This document shows positions 20,190 through 30,547 of a DNA stretch of 64,000 nucleotides, one piece after another (position 1 is the first letter of the stretch; each line of letters begins with the position of its first letter). The notes beneath the pieces were generated by a model. The model was given only the letters and a program-made list of their open reading frames with translations, ran no database searches and was not told where the DNA came from. Position numbers and translations under genes: made by a program. Origin of the DNA: an uncultured cyanobacterium (lineage in GTDB: Bacteria; Cyanobacteriota; Cyanobacteriia; Cyanobacteriales; Nostocaceae); assembly GCA_963740315.1 (NCBI GenBank), contig CAVUDP010000003.1, forward strand, positions 288,001 to 352,000, written 5' to 3'.

Positions 20190-21164
20190 ATGAGCCAATT
20201 TGCTTTAGAACAACAAAACCAAGTTGCGACAGCGCAGCAACAATCGGCAAAAGATAGAATTCGTCGCCTCGTGTGGAAAATGGCGATCGCTACATTGATT
20301 TTGATGGCGATCGGTAGCGCTACCCGCGTGATGAATGCTGGACTTGCTTGTCCAGATTGGCCGCTTTGTTATGGGGAACTTGTGCCGACGAAACAAATGA
20401 ATTTGCAAGTTTTCCTAGAATGGTTTCATCGATTAGATGCATCGTTGATTGGTATTAGCGCGATCGTTTTAGTCGGTATGTCTTGGTGGAATCGTCGTTC
20501 TGTTCCTAAATGGCTGCCTTGGGCTTCTACATTTGCTTTGTTTTTAATCGTCTTCCAAGGCATTTTAGGAGGACTCACCGTTACCCAGCTGTTGCGATTT
20601 GATATTGTTACCGCTCATTTAGGAACCGCATTGTTCTTCTTCATAACTTTGCTGGTTATCGGTACGGCTCTCACACCTTACAAAGCCACGGGAACCGCTG
20701 GTAAACTACCAGCAATATCTTTCACTGCTAGCGTTTTAGTCTATTTACAAAGTTTATTAGGTGCTTTAGTCGGTTCGCGTTGGGCATTACATCAATGCTT
20801 TGGGGAGTATCAACTTTGTACCGTTATGTACACCCACATCTTCGGCTTGATACCACCAACCGTAGCAACATTAGCCTTAGTATTTGTGTCATGGCGCACG
20901 CCAGCACTACATCCAGCTTTACGAAAACTGGCGAATCTCGCAGGTGGGTTATTAATTTTACAGATAATCTTAGGATTTGCCACTTACCGCTTACACCTAC
21001 AAGTAGAACCTCTAACAGTGACTCATCAGTTAATTGGAGCTTCTTTACTAGGTACGTTAGTAGTCTTTACAGTTCTTGCAGTACGCGATTGGATGGACAC
21101 CCGTAGTATCTCAGGTTACAACCAAGACTTTAATTCATCTGCTACAAGTGAACAAACAACATAG
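20190..21164 (+). CDS. ctaA: Heme A synthase (COX15/CtaA)
   Basis: GLACPDWPLC and EWFHR motifs; divergent from coxBAC. Confidence 0.93.
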   Translation: MSQFALEQQNQVATAQQQSAKDRIRRLVWKMAIATLILMAIGSATRVMNAGLACPDWPLCYGELVPTKQMNLQVFLEWFHRLDASLIGISAIVLVGMSWWNRRSVPKWLPWASTFALFLIVFQGILGGLTVTQLLRFDIVTAHLGTALFFFITLLVIGTALTPYKATGTAGKLPAISFTASVLVYLQSLLGALVGSRWALHQCFGEYQLCTVMYTHIFGLIPPTVATLALVFVSWRTPALHPALRKLANLAGGLLILQIILGFATYRLHLQVEPLTVTHQLIGASLLGTLVVFTVLAVRDWMDTRSISGYNQDFNSSATSEQTT

Positions 21165-21368
21165 TTAGTAGTTAGTTGTTAGTTGTTAGTTGTTAGTTGT
21201 TAACTGGTCACTGCTAACTGGTCACTGATAACTGCTAACTGGTCACTGATAACTGATAACTGGTAACTGGTAACTGGTCACTGCTAACTGCTCACTGCTC
21301 ACTGCTAACTGGTCACTGATAACTGGTCACTGCTAACTGGTCACTGATAACTGGTCACTGCTCACTGA
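21163..21368. repeat. Long STRR heptamer array (TAGTTGT, then ACTGGTC/ACTGATA/ACTGCTA)
   Basis: About 200 bp of tandem heptamers between ctaA and ctaB. Confidence 0.9.
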
Positions 21369-21442
21369 TTTGTTCGACGCTAACAGCCCGAGAAGGCAAA
21401 AACAGCATATAAATTGTTAAAAAATAAGGAACGATTACTAAA

Positions 21443-22399
21443 ATGATTGAGACAAATGTCTCTCGCCACCACTCTACGTTTTTACAAGTTATTCAAAGTT
21501 ACTACCAGCTAACCAAGCCTCGGATTATCCCTTTGCTGCTGATTACCACTGCTGGAAGTATGTGGATAGCTGCATCTGGAGAAGTAAACCCTATATTGTT
21601 GTTAGTAACTCTTGCTGGTGGTACTTTAGCAGCTGCTAGCGCCCAAACAATCAACTGTATTTACGACCGGGATATTGATTATGATATGGAGCGTACCCGT
21701 CATCGCCCCATTCCTTCCGGTAGAGTACAGCCCCGCGATGCTTTAATTTTTGCCACAGTTTTAGCTGTAGCTTCTTTTGCGTTGCTTAGTATATTTGCTA
21801 ATTTGCTTTCTGCTTTCTTAGCAATGTCTGGGATTGTTTTTTACTTGTTAATTTACACCCATTGGTTGAAGCGCAACACCACTCAAAATATAGTTATCGG
21901 TGGAGCAGCAGGAGCAATTCCCGCTTTAGTTGGTTGGGCTGCGGTAACAGGTACTTTGAGTCTAACTGCATGGTTAATATTTGGTATTGTCTTTCTTTGG
22001 ACACCGCCACACTTTTGGTCTTTAGCATTGATGATTAAGGATGATTACGCAGCAGTAGGCGTGCCAATGCTACCAGTAGTTGCAGGTGAAGAAGCAACAG
22101 TTAAGCAGATTTGGCGGTACAGTCTTGTAACTGTAGCAGCAACGTTTTTACTCGTTTATCCCTTGCATTCAGTAGGAATTATTTACGCTACTATTGCTTT
22201 ATGTTTGGGAGCGGTATTTATTCGTAAAGCGTGGCAATTATTACAAAATCCTCAAGATCGCAGTTCGGCTAAAGGAATGTTTCTCTATTCCATTTCTTAC
22301 ATGATGTTGTTGTGTTTGGGTATGGTAATTGATAGTTTGCCCATAACCCATCGTGTTGTAAGTTTTGTCGGCGATAAATTAACTTTACTGGTTGGTTGA
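21443..22399 (+). CDS. ctaB: Protoheme IX farnesyltransferase (heme O synthase)
   Basis: LTKPRI, DRDIDYDMERTRHRP, WTPPHFWSLA motifs. Confidence 0.96.
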   Translation: MIETNVSRHHSTFLQVIQSYYQLTKPRIIPLLLITTAGSMWIAASGEVNPILLLVTLAGGTLAAASAQTINCIYDRDIDYDMERTRHRPIPSGRVQPRDALIFATVLAVASFALLSIFANLLSAFLAMSGIVFYLLIYTHWLKRNTTQNIVIGGAAGAIPALVGWAAVTGTLSLTAWLIFGIVFLWTPPHFWSLALMIKDDYAAVGVPMLPVVAGEEATVKQIWRYSLVTVAATFLLVYPLHSVGIIYATIALCLGAVFIRKAWQLLQNPQDRSSAKGMFLYSISYMMLLCLGMVIDSLPITHRVVSFVGDKLTLLVG

Positions 22400-22420
22400 T
22401 TAGTTGGATTTAGATTATAA

Positions 22421-22451
22421 AAACCGGGTTTGTTGGCGAACCCGGTTTTTT
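22421..22451 (+). terminator. Rho-independent terminator-like hairpin after ctaB
   Basis: AAACCGGGTT...AACCCGGTTTTTT. Confidence 0.65.
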
Positions 22452-22455
22452 GTTT

Positions 22456-22504
22456 GTAGTAAGGGCTTAAGCCCTTCTATGCTTTGGGCTAAAGCCCTTA
22501 CTAC
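22456..22504. repeat. GTAG-type REP palindrome
   Basis: GTAGTAAGGGCTT...AAGCCCTTACTAC; related copies lie inside the 88-bp duplication at 22818 and 22934. Confidence 0.7.
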
Positions 22505-22534
22505 GAACCTTATACTACGAACCTTTAAAAAAAT

Positions 22535-22819
22535 CTAGAATCCCAAATCTATAATTTCTTTAACAGTACTTTCCCACCTTTGCGTCACAATCTCTACAAT
22601 TGAAAGAAATTCCGGCATATTTTGTTCCGGTTTGCGGCGAATATACCATTTCCATTTACCGCGATTTTTACTTCTATCCCACCATTCTGGTGTCGATAAA
22701 AGATAATAAATTTCTTCTAATGTTGTATTTCGACTGCTGAAGGCTGTAGAAATAGCTGCTTTAACTAAAGTTTCATCTAATTCTATATAGGTCGTAAATA
22801 GCATTAAATCGTATAAATC
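22535..22819 (-). pseudogene. C-terminal fragment of an AbiEii/AbiGii-like nucleotidyltransferase
   Basis: The frame extends upstream of the ATG to give DLYDLMLFTTYIELDETLVKAAISTAFSSRNT, resembling the AbiEii KDxYD...LD...A...F..R.T C-terminal motif; the N-terminal NTase core is absent. Confidence 0.55.
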
Positions 22820-23021
22820 ATTAAATTAAGGTTCGTAGTAAGAGCTTTAGCTCTTTGAGGACTAAAGTCCTTACTACAAACATGAACAATATTTCAATCT
22901 AAAATTTAAAATCAGTCGATATCTCATACCGTTTCATTAAATTAAGGTTCGTAGTAAGAGCTTTAGCTCTTTGAGGACTAAAGTTTTTACTACAAACATC
23001 AACAATATTTCAATCTAAAAT
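22818..23021. repeat. Two 88-bp direct repeats (22818-22905, 22934-23021), each with a GTAG-type REP hairpin
   Basis: Near-identical copies (3 mismatches seen) separated by 28 bp. Confidence 0.9.
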
Positions 23022-23650
23022 CAATCCATCCAACCAGCATCTAAATTTAAGTTACTGTCGTAAACTGTATATTCTCGCTGTTGCTGAGAAAGTTTCAATC
23101 CTTTTGCTTTAAGCAATGCAATTAAATTATCAAAGCGTGTTTGAGCAGTTTTGTATCCTACTCCATAAACTCGCATGGTGATAAATCGCTGCTGTTTTCC
23201 CCCAACAGGTTTTTTAAAAGCATTCGCAGATAGATGAGCATCGTACTGCAAACAATACTTTCTCAGCACTTCCAGATTTTCTGAAGCGGATAAAATCGCT
23301 TTGACATGAAACTCGAAATAATTACTTTGAGGTAATTTCTGCGCTTCAATATCCGAAATGGAGATATCTCGATTACTCACCATCGCTTCAATTTTTATGC
23401 GAGTAATTTCAAAATCTGCATTAACTATTTTTTGAGCTATTTGATTTATTTGTTGTAGTACGTGTTGAAGAGTGCCATGATGATAAGATGCTGTCATCGG
23501 TTGAGAACGAGTTACACCTTCACTTAGCTCGATAAAAACGCATTTTATGTTTAAATTTTGGCAAAGTAAGCTGAATCTTCGCCTTACAGCTAATTTATCC
23601 GCGTTTACAGTGATATGCGCTTCAAATGTACCTCTATAGCTGGGCTGCAT
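23021..23650 (-). CDS. Uncharacterised 209-aa protein with duplicated FExH motif
   Basis: TFEAHITV and YFEFHVK, AHLSANAFK, RFITMR, EYTVYDSNLNLDAGW. Confidence 0.8.
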   Translation of the reverse strand: MQPSYRGTFEAHITVNADKLAVRRRFSLLCQNLNIKCVFIELSEGVTRSQPMTASYHHGTLQHVLQQINQIAQKIVNADFEITRIKIEAMVSNRDISISDIEAQKLPQSNYFEFHVKAILSASENLEVLRKYCLQYDAHLSANAFKKPVGGKQQRFITMRVYGVGYKTAQTRFDNLIALLKAKGLKLSQQQREYTVYDSNLNLDAGWMD

Positions 23651-23788
23651 TAGCTAGTAAAAAGGTGGTATACAAGGTTTCTAGTTTGGTAAGAGCATTT
23701 TTCGTTACCTCTATATCCTTTTTGTAGCATACTAGTAGTACGCAATCAATGTAATGGCAAACTATTCGGAGTAGTGGCATTTTGATAC

Positions 23789-23925
23789 CAGCGAGCAAGA
23801 TGCATGTCCTGGCGGACACGCTGCGCTAACGCACTACTTTATAGGTAATTTTACACGAGTATTTATTATCAGCGAGCAAGATGCATGTCCTGGCGGACAC
23901 GCTGCGCTAACGCACTACTTTATAG
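23789..23925. repeat. Two identical 56-bp direct repeats (23789-23844, 23870-23925): a REP half carrying an inserted SDR-like element
   Basis: CAGCGAGCAAGATGC-ATGTCCTGGCGGACACGCTGCGCTAAC-GCACTACTTTATAG twice, 81-bp period. Confidence 0.9.
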
Positions 23926-24182
23926 ATATAAATAAATAAATATAATTTCTTCACAACTAATTTAGGATTGCTATATCCTGCAAGCACAAAGGCTTATTAC
24001 CCCCATTCCCTAGGGGGGAAGGGGGGTTAGGTTTTCAGTAATTTAGATGTCAATAATAATACTTCTTAAACTACTTCTTAAACCGTTATATTTCAACTAT
24101 CAAACCCATCTTTCAATTCTGCTAACGTAGTCGTATAAAGGATAATTATCTTTACCCAAAACTAGATAAAAAGAGGTTTAAC

Positions 24183-25055
24183 ATGGCTACTTTAAATCTG
24201 CGTCGAAATGAGAATGTTGGCGGCGATTTTTTTGTAGATACTACCTGCATTGATTGCGATACTTGTCGCTGGATGACTCCTCAAGTTTTTACTCGTGAAG
24301 ATGGAATGTCAGCGGTACACCAACAACCAACGGACGAAAAACAAAGATTAGCCGCGCTTCAAGCTTTGTTATCTTGCCCTACGGCTTCTATCGGTACTGT
24401 TGAAAAACCGCAGGATATTAAAGATGCTCAGTCAAGTTTTCCGATTCCCGTTGAAGAAAACGTTTACCATTGCGGCTATCATTCGGAAAAATCCTATGGT
24501 GCTGCGAGCTATTTTATTCAGCTACCCGAAGGCAATATCTTAGTTGATTCTCCTCGATTTACGCCGCCTTTGGTGAAGCGTTTGGAAAAAATGGGGGGAA
24601 TTCGCTATATGTATTTGACTCACCGAGATGACGTTGCAGATCATCAAAAATTTGCCGATCGTTTTGGTTGCGATCGCATCCTCCATGAGGAAGAAATTAG
24701 TGCAAATACTCGCGATGTGGAAATTCAGTTAAGTGGTGAAGATACCCATGAGTTAACTCCGGAATTGTTAATAATTACGGTTCCGGGTCATACAAAAGGA
24801 CATACTGTTCTACTTTATAAGAATAAGTTTCTGTTTACTGGAGATCATCTTGCTTGGTCTGATGGGTTAAAGCAACTGGTAGCTTTCCGAAATTTCTGCT
24901 GGTATTCCTGGGATCAATTAAAAAAATCAATGCCAAAATTAACAAATTACTCTTTTGAATGGGTTTTACCAGGTCACGGTCGTAGGTATCATACTGATGC
25001 TGAAACTATGCAGCAAGAATTAAAAAAATGTATTGAGTGGATGGAAACGGTTTAG
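24183..25055 (+). CDS. MBL-fold metallo-hydrolase with N-terminal ferredoxin-like domain
   Basis: CIDCDTC...CP Fe-S motif; THRDDVADH, PGHTKGH, FTGDH, LPGHG MBL motifs. Confidence 0.9.
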   Translation: MATLNLRRNENVGGDFFVDTTCIDCDTCRWMTPQVFTREDGMSAVHQQPTDEKQRLAALQALLSCPTASIGTVEKPQDIKDAQSSFPIPVEENVYHCGYHSEKSYGAASYFIQLPEGNILVDSPRFTPPLVKRLEKMGGIRYMYLTHRDDVADHQKFADRFGCDRILHEEEISANTRDVEIQLSGEDTHELTPELLIITVPGHTKGHTVLLYKNKFLFTGDHLAWSDGLKQLVAFRNFCWYSWDQLKKSMPKLTNYSFEWVLPGHGRRYHTDAETMQQELKKCIEWMETV

Positions 25056-25081
25056 GAGAATTTTTTCGCTATCCCAAAAGA

Positions 25082-25111
25082 TGTAGAGACGCGATATATC
25101 ACGTCTCTACA
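25082..25111. repeat. GTAG-type REP hairpin (TGTAGAGACG...CGTCTCTACA), possible terminator
   Basis: Perfect 10-bp stem; related sequence near 18670-18695. Confidence 0.65.
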
Positions 25112-25413
25112 AATCAATTCGCGGGATTAATCGGGGCTGGGGGCGCACGGTTTCAGAAATTTTGATGTTAAAAATATTATTTAGATACCTGGATAGCAGG
25201 TAAACAACAATACAACTATAATCTTGACTGTTTTAGTATAATTTTGTTTACTTACAACATAAGCACAGTCAATTAATTTTTTTAAGTTTTGATTAGATAC
25301 TTTACGAATTAAAAGAATATTGAATACTTATTTTTTTTTAAGATTTAAATATATATCCTCTATTTAGACAGTTCTGGTAAATCCAGAGAGCAAATTAATC
25401 AGCAGTAAAATTC

Positions 25414-28400
25414 ATGACTTCTTCTATACCCGAAACACAAGTTCAAGATAAAGGAAACTACGACTTTTTTGTTGTAGGAATTGGTGCTTCCGCCGGAGGG
25501 CTGCGGGCTTTGGAAGAATTTTTTGCGAATATGCCTGCGGATAGTGGGGCTGCGTATGTTGTAATCCAGCATTTATCGCCTGATTTCAAAAGTTTGATGA
25601 AGGAATTGCTGGGAAGAACTACGAGAATGGAGATTTTTCGGGTAGAAGATGGGATGGAGATTAAACCCAACTGCGTTTATTTGATTCCTCCCGGTCAAAA
25701 TTTAGAAGTTAAAAATCGCCGCTTGCAGCTACAGCGTCAGCATAGAGAACGCCCCGGGCCTAATTTTCCCATTGATATATTTTTACAGTCTTTGGGTGAA
25801 GATGCTGGCGATCGCGCTATTGGTGTGGTGCTTTCTGGTACTGGTAGCGATGGTTCGGAGGGTTTGCGGATGCTCAACGAATCTGGGGGGATTGGCATGG
25901 CGCAAGATCCCGGTACGGCTGAGTTTGACGGAATGCCGCAAAGTGCGATCGCTACCCGCATTGTAGATAGTATCGGTTCGCCAATTGAATTGGCAGAAGT
26001 TATTTACGATTTTGTCAAAGCACCTGGCTTAGAAGAAAGAAATAACGAACCGCGTTCCAAGCTGGCGTTAGATTCTTTTAGGTTGGGACAAATTACCAAC
26101 ATTCTCAACCGCCATCAACACTTTAATTTTACGCATTACAAGCCTTCTACTCTTTCGAGGCGCATTCATCGTCGCTGCTTGATTACGGGATATGACAATA
26201 TTGACGATTATATTGGGCGCTTGCAAATTGAGCGTCAAGAAAGAGAAATTCTTTGTCAAGATTTGTTAATTAGCGTTACAAAGTTTTTTCGCGATGCAGC
26301 AGCTTGGGAATTTATGGAAACCAATATAATTCCCACAATATTAGAAAAAATTAATTCCGGAGATGAATTAAGATGCTGGGTAAGCGCCTGCGCTACAGGA
26401 GAAGAAGCTTACACTTTAGCAATGTTGATAGATGAAGCTGTTGCCGATTTAGGAAAACAAATAAAAATCAAAATTTTTGCTACAGATATTGATAAAATAG
26501 CTTTAGAAAAAGCCGCTAACGGAATTTATCCAGAAAGTATTGCTAAGGATCTCAATCCCGAACGTTTGGAGCGATACTTTATTCGGCAAGAGCAAAGTTT
26601 TCAAGTGTCGAAGGAACTGCGAGAAAAGTTGATTTTTGCACCCCACGACTTAACCAAAGATGCGACTTTTACTCGGATGCATATCATTACCTGCCGCAAC
26701 GTGCTGATTTATATGCAGCCGCAGCTACAGCAGCAGGTATTACGCAACTTTCATTTTTCCTTGGTGCCAAAAGGCTTTTTATTCCTGGGAGAAGCTGAAA
26801 CAGTCGCACAATTGGAAGATGAGCTGGTTCCAATTCAGAAAAAACACAAGATTTATCATAAAGCCAGAGACTCGCGACTGCCTTTACCTGTAAGAGGTGT
26901 AGAAAACTTTACCAAACATTTTTTATCCCAAACCCCCATCAGGCAAGCCCCTAAGTCAACTAAAGAGCCAATGCTTGAAGCTGCCTTAAATAACTTGCTG
27001 GGGCAGCAAAAAGCAACTTGTCTGCTGGTGGATAAAAATAATCATGTAGTCTATATGTTTGAGGATTTAGCAAAAGTACTCAAATTCCCTACAGGTAATC
27101 CGACTACCGAAGCGATTAAATTAGTTATTCTGCCCCTGCAACTTCCCCTTAATACTGCATTACGTCGCGCTCAAAAAGAACATAATGCCGTTGCATACAC
27201 GGGAATTAAGGTAGACTACGGCGAGAAACAACGCATTCTCAGTTTAAAAGTCAGCTACGAACAAGCAAGTAAAATCGCTGGTGATTTCTTTATGGTGACA
27301 ATTGCCGAAGATGCAGAAGTTGAAGTTGCACCCCAAGCACGTCATTTTGAAGCAGATAGTGAAGTATCACATCGGATATTAGAATTAGAATACGAGTTGC
27401 AGCAAAGCCGCGAAAATTTGCAATCAACTATTGAAGAATTAGAAACTACCAACGAAGAGCAGCAAGCGACTAACGAAGAATTAATTGCTTCCAACGAGGA
27501 ATTGCAAAGTACTAACGAGGAACTGCATTCGGTAAACGAAGAACTTTTTACCGTAAATGCCGAATATCAATCAAAAATTCAGGAATTAACCGAGTTAAAT
27601 GCTGATGTCGATAACTTGCTGCAAAGTACCGATATCGGCGTTGTATTTCTAGATAAAAACCTGAAAATTCGTAAATTTACTTCAGCAGCGACAGTAGCAA
27701 TTAATTTAGTTGATGCTGATATTGGTCGTCCCATTCAGCATATTACCAATAATATCGACTTTGGCGAATTTACAGAACTGCTGCAATCAATTCTCAACTG
27801 CGGAAAACCAAAGCAACGAGAAGTCAAATTGAGTTCTACGGGAAGACATCTGTTAATGCGGGTTTATCCTTATTGGCAAGGAGAAGAATGTTGTGAGGGG
27901 GTGGTGTTAACTTTTGTAGATGTAGATGAGATTAAACAAGTCCAAGAAGAACTTCAGCAAACTTACAATGCATTAGAGAAAAATGAAAAACAGCTACAGG
28001 CAGTTTTAGATAATACTACATCAGTCATTTACGTTAAAGATATTGAAGGACGTTACCTGCTCGGAAATCAACAGCTTAGTGCAGTTACTGGTTTGCTATT
28101 AGAACAAATTTTAGGTAAAACAGACAGCGAACTCTTTGCACCAGGGAGTTACGAAATATACCAGGCTAACGATCGCAAAGTTATCGCACAAAAAACCGTC
28201 TTGGAATTTGAAGAAATACTTCCCCAACCTGATGGCGAAAATCATACCTATATTTCCATCAAAGCACCTTTATGCGACGATCGAGGAGAACCTTATGCAG
28301 TTTGCGGTATTTCCACTGATATAACTAAGCAAACTTCTATTCAAGACAAACTAAACCAAATTAATGCCGAACTTGTTCGCGCTAAAGAAACAGCAGAAGC

Positions 28401-29817
28401 AGCCAATCATGCTAAAAGCGAATTTCTTGCTAGAATGACTCACGAATTGCGAACTCCCCTGAATGCAATTTTAGGTTTCACGCAAATTTTAACTAGAAAT
28501 CCCAAATTAGAAAATAAACAAAAGCAGTATTTAGATACAATTCTGCGTAGCGGCAAGCATTTACTGGAATTAATCAACGATATTTTAGATATTTCCAAGA
28601 TAGAAGCCGGGATGGCAGAAGTTAACGTTAATAGTTTCGATCTTTATCGCTTGCTTGACGGTATTGAAGCAATGTTACACCTCAAAGCCAGAGCGAAAAG
28701 ATTACAGTTGAAATTTGAGCTAAATCCAGAACTTCCTCAGTACGTGCAAACCGACGAAAGTAAACTGCGGCAAGTATTAATTAACCTTTTAGGAAACGCC
28801 ATCAAATTTACCAATTCTGGTAGCGTAGTTTTGCGAGTAGGAGTTTTTGAAGAAGTCAATATAGAAAATTCTACCCCCTCTACCCTACTTTTAAACTTTC
28901 AAATAGAAGACACGGGAACAGGTATCGCACCGAAAGAATTAGATCGTATTTTTGATGCTTTCGTGCAAAGCAAGCCGACTTATCAAGCTGAAGACGGAAC
29001 TGGTTTGGGGTTGGCAATTTGCAAGCGTTTCGTAAGTTTAATGGGTGGAGATATTGAAATAGAAAGTACTTTAGAGAAAGGAACAAAAGTTCAATTTCAT
29101 ATTTTGGTTAATTTAGATGAAAAACCTTTAGATATTACTCCATCTTTATCTAAAGGGCGCGTTATCGGTTTGAAACCGAATCAAACAAATAATCGCATTC
29201 TTGTAGTCGAAGATAACTGGGATAATCGTCAACTATTGCTACAGATTCTTACACCGTTAGGATTTGAAATTATTGAAGCAACTAACGGACAAGAAGCAAT
29301 AGAAATGTGGGAAAAAGAACAACCCAATCTGATCCTGATGGATATGCGAATGCCAGTAATGGACGGTTATCAAGCAACTAAAATTATTAAACAAAAAAAT
29401 ATTGAAAATCAAAATCAAACCAATACTGCAATTATTGCTTTAACCGCAACGGCATTTAACGAAGATAGACAGTTCATGTTGGAATTGGGCTGTAATGATT
29501 TTATTCGCAAACCATTTCAAGAAGAAATTTTATTAGATACAATCGCTAAATATTTAGATATTGAATATATTTATGAATCTGACGATTCATCTAAAGATGA
29601 AAGCAACTTAGAGCAATTAACCACCCAAGCTTTAAAAGTTATGCCACAGCAATGGTGTGAATCTCTTCATACTGCTGCGGTACATTGCAATCAAGATTCC
29701 GTTTTACAATTGCTTGAAGAAATTCCCGAAAATCATCAAACCCTCAAACAGCAACTTGAAGAGTTAGCTGATAACTATCAATTCGATAAAATTTCTAATA
29801 TTAGCGAAAAAGGTTAA
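25414..29817 (+). CDS. CheB methylesterase-CheR methyltransferase-PAS-histidine kinase-receiver fusion
   Basis: CheB GASAGG/QHL/GSDG; Che[14 protein letters not shown] and CRNVLIY; NEEL coiled coil; [22 protein letters not shown]; receiver LMDMRMP. Confidence 0.93.
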   Translation: MTSSIPETQVQDKGNYDFFVVGIGASAGGLRALEEFFANMPADSGAAYVVIQHLSPDFKSLMKELLGRTTRMEIFRVEDGMEIKPNCVYLIPPGQNLEVKNRRLQLQRQHRERPGPNFPIDIFLQSLGEDAGDRAIGVVLSGTGSDGSEGLRMLNESGGIGMAQDPGTAEFDGMPQSAIATRIVDSIGSPIELAEVIYDFVKAPGLEERNNEPRSKLALDSFRLGQITNILNRHQHFNFTHYKPSTLSRRIHRRCLITGYDNIDDYIGRLQIERQEREILCQDLLISVTKFFRDAAAWEFMETNIIPTILEKINSGDELRCWVSACATGEEAYTLAMLIDEAVADLGKQIKIKIFATDIDKIALEKAANGIYPESIAKDLNPERLERYFIRQEQSFQVSKELREKLIFAPHDLTKDATFTRMHIITCRNVLIYMQPQLQQQVLRNFHFSLVPKGFLFLGEAETVAQLEDELVPIQKKHKIYHKARDSRLPLPVRGVENFTKHFLSQTPIRQAPKSTKEPMLEAALNNLLGQQKATCLLVDKNNHVVYMFEDLAKVLKFPTGNPTTEAIKLVILPLQLPLNTALRRAQKEHNAVAYTGIKVDYGEKQRILSLKVSYEQASKIAGDFFMVTIAEDAEVEVAPQARHFEADSEVSHRILELEYELQQSRENLQSTIEELETTNEEQQATNEELIASNEELQSTNEELHSVNEELFTVNAEYQSKIQELTELNADVDNLLQSTDIGVVFLDKNLKIRKFTSAATVAINLVDADIGRPIQHITNNIDFGEFTELLQSILNCGKPKQREVKLSSTGRHLLMRVYPYWQGEECCEGVVLTFVDVDEIKQVQEELQQTYNALEKNEKQLQAVLDNTTSVIYVKDIEGRYLLGNQQLSAVTGLLLEQILGKTDSELFAPGSYEIYQANDRKVIAQKTVLEFEEILPQPDGENHTYISIKAPLCDDRGEPYAVCGISTDITKQTSIQDKLNQINAELVRAKETAEAANHAKSEFLARMTHELRTPLNAILGFTQILTRNPKLENKQKQYLDTILRSGKHLLELINDILDISKIEAGMAEVNVNSFDLYRLLDGIEAMLHLKARAKRLQLKFELNPELPQYVQTDESKLRQVLINLLGNAIKFTNSGSVVLRVGVFEEVNIENSTPSTLLLNFQIEDTGTGIAPKELDRIFDAFVQSKPTYQAEDGTGLGLAICKRFVSLMGGDIEIESTLEKGTKVQFHILVNLDEKPLDITPSLSKGRVIGLKPNQTNNRILVVEDNWDNRQLLLQILTPLGFEIIEATNGQEAIEMWEKEQPNLILMDMRMPVMDGYQATKIIKQKNIENQNQTNTAIIALTATAFNEDRQFMLELGCNDFIRKPFQEEILLDTIAKYLDIEYIYESDDSSKDESNLEQLTTQALKVMPQQWCESLHTAAVHCNQDSVLQLLEEIPENHQTLKQQLEELADNYQFDKISNISEKG

Positions 29818-29830
29818 AGGTTAAAGGTTA

Positions 29831-29858
29831 GGAGTACTTCGACAAGCTCAGTAACCTT
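29831..29858. repeat. Small dispersed repeat, copy 2 (identical to 3936-3963)
   Basis: Identical 28-mer. Confidence 0.85.
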
Positions 29859-29881
29859 ATTGAGTTAGGAATTAAGAATTA

Positions 29882-29983
29882 ACTAAACCGTTTGAACTTG
29901 AGGAAGTGTTGGCAAGAGTAAACCATCAACTCACTATTTGTAGTTTAAATTTCAGCTACAGCAAAAAACCGAGAATTAATTGA
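29882..29983 (+). pseudogene. Remnant of a response-regulator receiver domain C-terminus
   Basis: Translates to TKPFELEEVLARVNHQLTI, the typical receiver beta5-alpha5 end; no start, degenerates afterwards. Confidence 0.6.
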
Positions 29984-30424
29984 ATTGAAATCTAAGTAAA
30001 TCTAAATAAACTATCAACTATTCTTAACTTAATAGTTTTTCGAGTCATTGGGTTGAGCGCGATCGCGAATCTTTTAGATAATCTTAATTTAACTTGGGTT
30101 CTACTCCAAGCCCAATCAAACCGGATTTCTCTATTAACTCGATCGAATATATGATTTCAAGGTTGGTTATTCGCGCATATTCTCAGTTTCTTGCCTCGTT
30201 GCTGGGATATGACTTCTACCCATCTGGCTACAATTTATATTTGCTTACTATCATCTTACAAACGAATTAGTCAAGAAAGTTATAAACTAGTTGATTATTC
30301 TGGTATAATAAGTAAAACTGATAATTAAATCTTACCTGCAATACTTGACAATAAGTAGAAATAGGAAATTTAATAAAAAATTAATTATCGTAAACCCTTT
30401 TATCTGCTTATTGAATAAGTAAAA

Positions 30425-30453
30425 ATGGAATTCCCGATATTAAAGGAATTCCA
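30425..30453 (-). terminator. Hairpin downstream of clpP
   Basis: TGGAATTCC...GGAATTCCA inverted repeat. Confidence 0.4.
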
Positions 30454-30547
30454 CTATGTAATTTATGACTCATGAATTGGAGTCTTTATAGGTCGAGATT
30501 CAATAATCAATCGCTAATATTAACTATTGACTATGCGGACGGATTGA

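Noticed and set aside
23789..23925. Possible mini-CRISPR (repeat-spacer-repeat)
   Set aside because: Only two copies of 56 bp, made of recognisable REP and SDR parts; no leader or cas genes.
30030..30330. Possible decayed gene or transposase fragment (contains a HIP1 site, interrupted frames on both strands)
   Set aside because: No recognisable motif in any frame by eye; BLASTx would be needed.
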